Positions 50,178-62,200 of a stretch of 64,000 bases of DNA are shown one piece after another. The translations under genes were made by a program, and so were the position numbers. This stretch comes from Hellea sp. (lineage in GTDB: Bacteria; Pseudomonadota; Alphaproteobacteria; Caulobacterales; Maricaulaceae). The DNA lies in contig JAHDEZ010000003.1 of assembly GCA_020628425.1 (NCBI GenBank), forward strand, positions 25,996 to 89,995, read 5' to 3'. The notes under the pieces are model-generated. The model was given only the letters and a program-made list of their open reading frames with translations. It had not been told where the DNA came from and made no database searches. Numbering within the stretch: the first letter of the stretch is position 1; every line of letters starts with the position of its first letter.

Positions 50178-50632
50178 TCAGCAAAATAGGGGGCTTCACC
50201 GGCCTTTTGAACGGCTTCTGGTAGAGGGACTGACCAAATTTTTTCAAGGTTATAAAAGGCTCGGACCTCAGGTCGGAAAATATGGACAATAACATCTCCG
50301 AGGTCGACTAGAACCCAATCGTTACCTGTCTGCCCTTCAATACCCAGAGGGCGGTGGCCTTTTTCTTTGAGCTCATTGACTACGTAATCTGCTAAAGCTC
50401 CAACATGTCGATTGGAGCGTCCACACGTCACGATCATTATATCAGCCACCGAAGACTTTCCCTTGATGTCGATAGTAATTGTATCTTGTGCTGAGTGTTC
50501 GTTTAGAGTGTTTAAAACGATTTCCTTGATTTCCTTTGTCAGGGCATCTTCGGGAAGTTCGGCAGTCGAACTCGCAGTTTTTGTTTCAGTCAGTTTTGTC
50601 TCCATTGTTACCTGACGGGCCAAGCATAACAT
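50174..50632 (-). CDS. rsfS: Ribosome silencing factor RsfS
   Basis: Motifs ADIMIVTCGRSNRHVGALAD and DWVLVDLGDVIVHIF...R.FYNLEKIW. AAGGA lies 6 nt upstream of ATG 50632. An alternative ATG exists at 50605. Confidence 0.88.
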   Translation of the reverse strand: MLCLARQVTMETKLTETKTASSTAELPEDALTKEIKEIVLNTLNEHSAQDTITIDIKGKSSVADIMIVTCGRSNRHVGALADYVVNELKEKGHRPLGIEGQTGNDWVLVDLGDVIVHIFRPEVRAFYNLEKIWSVPLPEAVQKAGEAPYFAE

Positions 50633-50677
50633 GGTATTTCCTTAAAATCCACTAGCTCTCTAAGGCAATTCTTACGG

Positions 50678-51259
50678 CTAAACATTTTTAGTTCTGATAG
50701 CTGATGAAGAAAGCTTATTAAGAGGAGGGGTGACGTAACACCAGGCAGGGGCTTCGTAATGTTGCAGGCTCCCGGCTTCATATTCTGAAATGCGGGCATA
50801 TCGAAACACGCTGGCCGTTTTTCCGAGGCGGGCTCTCAAGGCTGTATTGTTTTTGCCTGGGCGTGCAATTACCCCTACGGGGACCGTGTTCATAATACCT
50901 TTCCAGTCACGCCATTTAGGGAATTGCAGGAGATTATCCGCCCCCATCAAAAATACGAATCGGGTCGATGGAAATTTTTTACGAGCGGCCTTGAGTGTAT
51001 CGATAGTATATTGCGTGCCAAAGTTCGACTCCATATGAGAAATACGCATTCGGTAGGGTAGCCCGAGTTTCTCTACTGTGGCAACACGAGTCGAATAGCT
51101 TGGTTGTTTTGGTTTTAGCGGGTTTTGTGGGCTAACCATCCACCAGATTTGATCCAGCTGGAATGCTTGTAATCCTTGAGTTGCAACATGCATATGCCCC
51201 GCATGTGCTGGATTAAATGAACCGCCAAATAGCCCTATGGAGAGACCTTCAAAGCTCAT
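50678..51259 (-). CDS. nadD: Nicotinate-nucleotide adenylyltransferase NadD
   Basis: 193 aa with the motif GGSFNPAHAGH (the (H/T)xGH nucleotidyltransferase signature). The start overlaps the proA stop. Confidence 0.9.
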   Translation of the reverse strand: MSFEGLSIGLFGGSFNPAHAGHMHVATQGLQAFQLDQIWWMVSPQNPLKPKQPSYSTRVATVEKLGLPYRMRISHMESNFGTQYTIDTLKAARKKFPSTRFVFLMGADNLLQFPKWRDWKGIMNTVPVGVIARPGKNNTALRARLGKTASVFRYARISEYEAGSLQHYEAPAWCYVTPPLNKLSSSAIRTKNV

Positions 51260-52520
51260 TTTGGACGCGTATGACCTTGGCCATGAACAAGATATTTATA
51301 GGTAGTTAGATGTTCTGCGCCAACCGGACCGCGGGCGTGCAGACGTCCCGTTGAAATTCCGATCTCAGCACCAAAACCAAACTCGCCTCCGTCCGCAAAT
51401 TGCGTTGAAGCGTTATGCATAACGATTGCACTATCCACGGCACATTGAAAGTGGTCTGCTACCAATTGATCGGATGTTATTATGGCATCTGTGTGGCCGC
51501 TTCCATAATGATTGATATGCTCTATAGCTTCGCTCGTATTTTCGACTATCTTGAGATTTAGAATAGGTGCAAGGTGTTCAGTGAAGTAGTCGTCTTCGAC
51601 TGCTAAAGTAATGTTCTCGTTGATGGATTTGGATTTCGCGTCGCCCCTGATTTCACAGCCATTTTCCACAAGAATATCGGTGATTTGTGGCAAAAATTTC
51701 GCGGCGATAATGTCATCAACTAACAAGGTTTCCGTGGATCCACAAACACCGGTCCTGCGCAATTTAGCATTCAGGACGACCTTTGCTGCCATAGCTAAAT
51801 CAGCCTTTTCATGAACATAGGTGTGACATAGTCCTTCTAAGTGGGCGAGGACAGGAATACGGGCATCGCTTTGAACCCGGGCTATCAAGCTTTTTCCGCC
51901 GCGTGGAATAATCATGTCGACATTGCCATGAAGACCACCCAAGAGATGTCCCACTGCAGCACGGTCTGTCGTCGGAATTAATTGGACCGACTGTTCTGGT
52001 AGTTCGGAATCATGCAAAGCTAATCTTATCGCAGCGTATATGGCTTGATTTGAGTGAAAGCTTTCCGAACCGCCTCGTAAAATACAGGCGTTTCCAGATT
52101 TCAGGCATAAAGCGGCAGCGTCAGCCGTAACATTGGGACGGCTTTCATAAATCATACCAATCACTCCAATCGGAATGCTAACCTTGGAAAAGCGCAAACC
52201 ATTAGGGCGCTCCCAAGATTTTAAAATTTTGCCGACTGGGTCATCCATTTTAGCAATTTCAGAGACGCTATTTGCGATAGCGGTGATGCGGGCAGGGGTA
52301 AGCTCAAGCCTATCCAACATAGCACCCGACAGGCCTTTGTCTCGGGCCTTATCCATGTCGGACTGATTAGCTTCAAGAATTTGATTTTTTGACCTAAGGA
52401 TACTGAGACTAATTTTATCGAGAGCCGCGGACTTCTTGACCGCTGAGATAAGCCCCAACGCATGTGCGGATGAACGGGCGTGGGTCCCGATATTAAAAAG
52501 TTTTTGCTCTAGAGTTTCAG

Positions 52521-52524
<4 letters not shown>
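51256..52524 (-). CDS. proA: Glutamate-5-semialdehyde dehydrogenase ProA
   Basis: 422 aa of the aldehyde dehydrogenase fold, with GVCGSTETLLV (catalytic Cys) and HGSGHTDAIIT. Confidence 0.95.
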
Positions 52525-54733
<2,209 letters not shown>

Positions 54734-55315
54734 TTAGGTGGCCTCTATGAGCATGGCAGGTTGTCTTTGCAAGCAATTTACACTTGCTTTTGAAACCTTC
54801 CGTATAAAGCCAATACTTTCTATATGTTTCAGGCGGGCCATTGAGAAATATGGCCCTTCAGAACCGGTGCTTGTAAAACCCAGTTTTTCCAGGACGCGCA
54901 TAGACGCTGGATTGTCTACATAAACGCCCGCAATAAATTGATCCACTCCAAGAGAGGATTGGGCTTCCAGCATCAAAGTTCTTGCGGCCTCGGAGGCATA
55001 GCCTTGCCCCCAAAAAGGACGGCCAACCCAATAGCCGAGCTCATAATCAGCATTTCTATGTCGACGAAATAGATCCATAATTCCAATGATGTCGCCGCCG
55101 TCCAAGGTAATGGCATATGGCAATGCGAGGCCGCGCCGCTTTTGGGACATCATATGCATAATTTTAAATTCAGCAGATATTACCGGAAAAGGATAGGGTA
55201 TACTGCCAGTCATTCGGCAGATATCCCATTCGCTCGCGTAACGTGAAAAAAGCGGTGCATCGGAAAGAGACAATGGTCGTAATGTCAGTCTTTCAGTTTC
55301 AATAATGTTCCGCAT
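54734..55315 (-). CDS. GNAT-family N-acetyltransferase (RimJ/RimL-like)
   Basis: ERLTLRPLSLSD at the N-terminus and the acetyl-CoA motif WGQGYASEAARTL. The start is ATG 55315, preceded by GGAGGCAGAA. The track's longer ORF (to 55477) would overlap rpmA. Confidence 0.8.
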   Translation of the reverse strand: MRNIIETERLTLRPLSLSDAPLFSRYASEWDICRMTGSIPYPFPVISAEFKIMHMMSQKRRGLALPYAITLDGGDIIGIMDLFRRHRNADYELGYWVGRPFWGQGYASEAARTLMLEAQSSLGVDQFIAGVYVDNPASMRVLEKLGFTSTGSEGPYFSMARLKHIESIGFIRKVSKASVNCLQRQPAMLIEAT

Positions 55316-55334
55316 TTCTGCCTCCGAAGGGCAG

Positions 55335-55370
55335 GGAAAAAAGAAGGGAAACCGGCAATCCGATTTCCCT
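55335..55370 (-). terminator. Rho-independent terminator/attenuator between rpmA and the GNAT-obg genes
   Basis: On the minus strand, gggaaatcgg-attg-ccggtttccc (one mismatch) is followed by ttctttttt. Plus-strand coordinates are stem 55346-55355 and 55360-55369. Confidence 0.55.
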
Positions 55371-55412
55371 GCTGTATCAGATCGCCTTTGCGACCTGTCT
55401 ATATGGGGGTCG

Positions 55413-55682
55413 CTATTCTGCTGCGTTTGCGAGCGGTGCCACAGACACGTAAGTTCGCTTATTGCGTTTCGTGGCAAACTCGACCTTACCTTCTGTCAGT
55501 GCAAATAGTGTGTGATCCTTACCCATCCCAACATTATTTCCTGGGAAGAATTTTGTTCCGCGCTGACGTACAATAATATTGCCCGGAATGACGGCCTCGC
55601 CGCCAAATTTCTTTACACCCAGCCGACGGCCAGCACTATCGCGACCGTTATTGGATGAACCACCTGCTTTTTTATGTGCCAT
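55413..55682 (-). CDS. rpmA: 50S ribosomal protein L27
   Basis: [28 protein letters not shown], 89 aa. Confidence 0.98.
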   Translation of the reverse strand: MAHKKAGGSSNNGRDSAGRRLGVKKFGGEAVIPGNIIVRQRGTKFFPGNNVGMGKDHTLFALTEGKVEFATKRNKRTYVSVAPLANAAE

Positions 55683-55705
55683 ATCTAATCTCCTACCTGT
55701 CCTGA

Positions 55706-56017
55706 TTAGGCCTTGATAGACGTGATTTTAATAACGGTCTCGTTTTGACGATGACCGCGCTTACGGCGATAAGTCTGACGGCGTTTCTTTTTAAACACTA
55801 CGACCTTGTCACCTTTACGCTGCTCAAGAACTTCGCCTTTGACTTCAGCTCCTTTTACCAAGGGCTCACCAATTTTAACTTTGGCGCCTTCGCCACATGC
55901 TAAAACATCTTTAAACGAAACAGTTTTGCCCTCTTCGGCATCGAGCTTTTCAACGATAATTACATCGTCTTTAGCAACTTTATACTGTTTACCGCCTGTC
56001 TGAATGACTGCAAACAT
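55706..56017 (-). CDS. rplU: 50S ribosomal protein L21
   Basis: [14 protein letters not shown]..., 103 aa, directly upstream of rpmA. Confidence 0.98.
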   Translation of the reverse strand: MFAVIQTGGKQYKVAKDDVIIVEKLDAEEGKTVSFKDVLACGEGAKVKIGEPLVKGAEVKGEVLEQRKGDKVVVFKKKRRQTYRRKRGHRQNETVIKITSIKA

Positions 56018-56186
56018 TTGTTTATCCTTACTTTTTTGCGTCCCAGTGCCGAGCGCTTTAAAATATTTGAGGCCGCCCGGTAGAGTCGCACTCGCGAGTC
56101 ATGGCGGCCAATTCGACGGTCTATATACAGTGAGCCGAACTAAAGTCAACGTCCCTGTATAACTTCTCGAAAATAGTTTTTCCAAG

Positions 56187-56214
56187 AAAAAACCCGCGCC
56201 TGAGAGCGCGGGCC
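56187..56214 (-). terminator. Rho-independent terminator of the giant repeat-protein gene
   Basis: The minus strand reads ggcccgcgc-tctcag-gcgcggg followed by tttttt. It lies 22 nt after the stop at 56236. Confidence 0.8.
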
Positions 56215-56235
56215 AAATACTATATGGTGTTGGTT

Positions 56236-59200
56236 CTAGCGAACCCAGCGGCCGATGATTTGACCAGCTGAGTTGATGATATTTCCGTTCGCATCCAAGC
56301 GACCGATAACAGCACCTGCCGCGTCAACAATCATACCGTCAGCGCGCAGCGAATAACCGCCGGCTGAACCCATGCTCATTGCACCGCCAGAGGTCATTCC
56401 ACCTGTGGACATGCTGCCGCCGGAAGTCATACCACCAGTAGACATTGAGCCTGTGCTGAAGCTTGAAACGCGGCCCAAAACCTGACCGGAAGATGTCACA
56501 ATATTGCCGCTTCCATCGACGGAACCAATCACGGCACCAGAGCTGTTCATAACCTGACCAGAGCTAGTGATTGTGTAGGTTGCGCCACTGATAGTGACAG
56601 TTTGCGAACCGGTTGTCGTTGTAAAGCCGCTAGAGCCTACGGTACCTGAGAAGGAACCGGAAGAACCGCTAACCATTGAACGCCAGTTTACACCCAGTCT
56701 TTCAACTGTTGTTAGTGTCAGACCACCGGTCGAAAGACCGTTAGCTGCCTGGTAACGTTCAACCGCAGAGTAAGTCTGCTGACCCAAGCGTCCATCAATG
56801 GCGCCTGTGTAGTAGCCCTCTGTCTTCAGCGCACGCTGGATAGCAGAGATAACGGTTGTCGTTGCGTTAGCCTCACAAAGAACCTGACGCCATTCGACTT
56901 TCTCTTGAGACAGAGGTGTCCGCTTCACGATCTCACCGAACTCAGCCGGGATAACAATCGCTTCAGTACGTGCTGGCTCAGCCAGACGTGTAACTTCGAT
57001 TGTATCATAAACAGCTGGGATGACACGGCGTTCCATCCGAGGTGTTCCATCGACCACACGACGTGTGACCTGTTTGGTAACCGCTGGAATGACGCGCTCT
57101 TCTGTCCGTGCTGGCGTTTTCACGACTTGACGTGAAACCTGCTTAGTCACGGCTGGAATGACACGCTCTTGTGTCGTAGCCGGTGTCTTAATCCGACGGC
57201 GTGTCTCAGTCTTAGTGACGGCCGGAATGACCTTCTCGACTGTACGAGCCGGGGTCTTAACGACCCGACGGGATACCTGCTGTGTAACAGCTGGGATAAC
57301 GCGCTCTGTCGTACGAGCCGGATCCTTCACAACGCGGCGACTGACTGTCTTAGTGACGGCCGGAATGACGCGCTCTGTCGTAGCAGCTGGTGTCTTAACG
57401 ACACGACGCTGAACCTGCTGTGTGACGGCCGGAATGACCTTCTCAACAGTCCGGGCAGGGGTCTTCACAACTTGACGTGAAACCTGCTTGGTGACCGCTG
57501 GGATGACACGCTCTTGTGTTTGAGCTGGTGTCCGAACAACACGACGGCTGACCGTTTTTGTCACTGCTGGAACAACCTTCTCGACGGTGCGAGCGGCGTC
57601 CTTAACAACACGACGGCTAACCTGCTTTGTGACGGCTGGGACAACCTTCTCGACAGTGCGAGCAGGTGTCTTAACGACACGGCGAGTTTCCATCTTGGTC
57701 ACAGCTGGGATGACACGCTCAGTTGTAGACGCTGGTGTCTTGACAACACGGCGGGTCTCAACCTTTGTCACAGCCGGTACAACCTTCTCAACAGTCCGGG
57801 CCGGTGTCTTGACGACGCGGCGAGAGACTTGCTGAGTAACAGCTGGAATGACACGCTCGGTAGTCGACGCAGGCGTCTTAACAACACGGCGAGTCAGCTG
57901 CTTTGTGACAGCTGGAATGACACGCTCTGTTGTTGCAGCCGGAGTCTTAATCCGACGACGTGTTTCCTGCTTGGTGATAGCCGGAATGACCTTCTCGACA
58001 GTACGCGCCGGCGTCTTAACAACGCGACGTGAAACCTGCTTAGTCACAGCAGGGATGACGCGTTCAGTTGTCGCCGCTGGTGTTTTAACAACACGACGGG
58101 TTTCCATCTTGGTCACTGCCGGAATGACGCGCTCAGTTGTCCGAGCCGGTGTCTTAACGACGCGGCGGGAAACCTGCTTAGTCACAGCTGGGATGACCCT
58201 CTCCACCGTAGAGGCGGGTGTCTTAACAACACGACGCTGCTCAACTTTTGTGATGGCCGGTACAACACGCTCTTGTGTAGCAGCCGGAGTTTTCACCACG
58301 CGACGAGAGACCTGTTTGGTAACCGCTGGAACAACCTTTTCGACTGTTCTGGCTGGCGTCTTGATGACACGCTGAGTTTCCATTTTGGTCACGGCCGGGA
58401 TGACACGCTCGGTCGTTGCAGCCGGAGACTTAACGATGCGGCGAGAAACCTGCTTCGTAATCGCTGGGATAACTTTCTCAACGGTACGAGCTGGTGTCTT
58501 GATGACGCGACGCTGCTCCATTCTTGTGACGGCCGGGATGACCTTCTCAACTGTTGAAGCTGGCGTCTTCACGACACGGCGTGAAACCTGCTTGGTGACA
58601 GCTGGGATGACCTTCTCGACAGTACGAGCTGGTGTCTTGATCCGACGACGTGTTTCCTGCTTGGTGACAGCCGGGATTGTCCGCTCAGTTGTCCGAGCAG
58701 GGGTCTTCACGACGCGACGTGAAACCTGCTTAGTTACAGCTGGGATGACTTTCTCGACAGTGCGAGCTGGTGTCTTAACAACACGACGCGTTTCCTGCTT
58801 CGTGATAGCCGGATTGACTTTCTCAACAGTTGAAGCCGGTGTCTTAACGACGCGACGGCTAACCTGCTTTGTCACGGCCGGAACTGTACGTTCAGTAGTA
58901 GCCGCTGGCGTTTTAATAACGCGGCGGGTTTCTACCTTAGTAACAGCCGGTATAACACGCTCTGTCGTAGCAGCCGGTGTCTTTACGACACGGCGGGAGA
59001 CCTGCTTGGTGACCGCTGGGACAACGCGCTCGACAGTGCGAGCCGGTGTCTTCACGACGCGGCGGGTTTCCTGCTTGGTAACAGCTGGGATGACTTTCTC
59101 GACAGTGCGAGCTGGCTGGTCAACGACACGACGCGTGATTTGCTTCGTGACGGCCGGAATAGTCCGCTCACGTGTCTGAGCCGGTGTCTTAACAACACGA

Positions 59201-62200
59201 CGCTGACGCATTTGCGTGACGGCCGGAATGACCTTCTCGACGGTGCGAGCTGGCTCTTTAACGACGCGGCGAGAAACCGTTTTTGTTACAGCTGGGATAA
59301 CCTTCTCAACTGTACGGGCCGGGTTCTTGATGCGACGGCGTGTTTCCTGCTTTGTGACGGCTGGAATGACGCGCTCTGTCGTGGCAGCCGGTGTCTTGAC
59401 GACACGACGCTGAACAGTTTGCGTGACGGCCGGAATGACCTTTTCTACTGTACGGGCCGGTGTTTTAACAACACGGCGTGTTTCCTGTTTGGTGACAGCC
59501 GGAATGACCTTTTCACGGGTCTGAGCCGGAGTATCAACGACGCGACGAGTTACCTGCTTCGTTACAGCTGGAATAACCTTCTCAACCGTACGGGCCGGCG
59601 TCTTAACGCGACGACGTGTTTCTGTCTTCGTAACAGCAGGGATAACGCGTTCTGTCGTTGTCGCTGGCTTGTCAACCACACGGCGTGTGATTTGCTTAGT
59701 GACAGCTGGGATAACCTTTTCAACAGTCCGTGCCGGTGTCTTAACAACACGGCGAGAGACCTGCTTGGTCACAGCTGGAACAACGCGCTCGACAACTTTC
59801 GCTTCCTCAGCAACTTCAGTCACCTGGTATGTACCCATGCGCTGGCCAAACTGACCGGACGACGAACCGCCATAAGAACGGCGACCTGTGCCGGCATTGT
59901 TGGCGTCGGCGTCAGCAGCAGAAGCCGCTGAACGAGTCAGGCCGTCACGGTCATCACGACCATCGCCATTTCCGTCAACAAACCCTGAGATAGACCCGCC
60001 GAAACCACCAGCGTCAGAACGAGACACAACACGGGCCGGTGTCTTAACGACGCGGCGTGTGATGGTATCTGTTACGGCTGGAACAGCGATTTCGCGAGTT
60101 GTAGCTTCACGGTCAACCACACGACGTGTGAGTGTCTTGGTGACAGCCGGGATACGCTTTTCGACGGTCCGAGCTTCAGTCTTAACGACCTGCTTGGTGA
60201 TAGTTTTATACTGAGCCGGGATAAGAACACGACAGATAATTTCACCAGTTGGTGAAACAGATGTCTGTGTTGATTCCACGATACGCTCATTTACACCGTC
60301 AAACACTGTAAACTGACCACGTGTGTTTGTGTTCACTGTACCAGAGGCACTAAACTGACCGGCGTTTACAGCCTGAGAGGCTGATTTCCACTCTTCGCGA
60401 GCAGGTGAAATCAGAACGCGCTCAGTGCGAGTCTCATATGTCGCTGGAATAACGTCGATGTCGACTGACTCTGGACGTACAACGACTGTCTCAGTGACAG
60501 TTCTGTAGGTCGCAGGTACAACTTCCAAGCGGGTTGAGGCTTCCTGAACAACAATTGTCTCAGTAACGGTCTCATATGTAGCCGGAATAACAACCAGTTC
60601 TTCGGCTGCATCTTTGGCGATATATGTGCGTTGGCTGGACTGCATCTTAGCGGGTACAGTAACGTACTCGACAGTCTGCGGTTGAACAACAACGGTCTCA
60701 GTGACAGTTTCAAACTCAGCCGGAATGGTGACCAACTCAGTTGTAGCTTCCTGAACAACAACGGTTTCTGTGACTGTCGCATAAGTCGCTGGAACTGCAA
60801 TCAGTTCGCTTGATGCTTCCTGAACAACGATTGTTTCATTGTAAGTCTCATATGTCGCAGGAACTGTCTCATAAGTTACAGACTGCGGCTGAACAACAAC
60901 GGTTTCCGTAACAGTCTTAAATGTTGGCGGAATTGTAACCAGTTCAGTTGAAGCGTCACGAACAACGACTGTTTCAGTAACTGTGTCGTAGACAGCAGGT
61001 ACAGTAACGAGCTCAGTCGAAGCTTCCTGGACAACAACTGTTTCATTCACAGTTTCGTAAACAGCCGGGATAGTGACCAACTCGGTCGTAGCTTCCTGGA
61101 CAACAACAGTTTCTGTGTATGTTTCATACTCAGCAGGAACAGTCACATAGTCCACAGATTGCGGCTGAACAACGATTGTTTCTGTTACAGTCTCGAATGT
61201 GGCTGGAACAGTTACTAGCTCAGTTGAGGCTGCTTGTACAACGACAGGCTCTTCAACAGTTTCAAAGACTGGTGGGATTGTCACCAACTCAGTTGAAGCT
61301 TCCTGAACGACAACAGTTTCAGTAACTGTGTTGTATGTGGCTGGAACAGTAACCAGCTCGGTAGATGCTTCCTGAACGACAACAGTTTCTGTCACAGTTT
61401 CGTAAACCGGTGGAACGGTTTCGTATGTAACAGACTGCGGCTGAACAACAACGGTTTCAGTAACGGTTTCAAACGTTGCCGGGATGGTTACCAACTCAGT
61501 AGAAGCGTCCTGAACAACTACAGTCTCCTGCACAGTTTCATATGTTGCTGGGATGCTAACATATTCAGTCGTAGCAGGCTGAACAACGATTGTCTCGGTG
61601 ACGGTCTCATATGTGGCTGGAACAGTTACCAGCTCAGTTGAGGCTTCCTGAACAACAATTGTCTCGGTGACGTTTTCGTAAACCGGTGGAACGGTTTCGT
61701 AAGTCACAGATTGTGGCTGAACAACAACAGTTTCAGTAACAGTTTCGAATGTAGCCGGAATTGTTACCAATTCAGTAGACGCATCCTGAACGACGATTGT
61801 TTCTGTATAAGTTTCGTACTCAGCAGGAATGGTGACGTAGTCAACGGATTGTGGCTGAACAACGATTGTCTCTGTTACAGTCTCATAAGTGGCTGGAACA
61901 GTGATAAGTTCTGTTGTGGCCGGTTGAATAACAACCGGTTCTTCGACAGTTTCATATGTCGGAGGAATGACCTCATATGTGACACTCTGAGGCTGAACAA
62001 CAACCGTTTCAGTAACTGTTTCGAATACCGGTGGAACGGTAACCAGTTCAGTTGAAGCCTCTTGAACAACAACAGGAATTTGCTGTGTTTCATAAGTCGC
62101 CGGGATTGTCTCATAAGCAACAGACTGAGGCTGAACAACAACAGTTTCAGTAACTGTTTCGAACGTAGCCGGAATCGTTACCAATTCGGTAGACGCTTCT

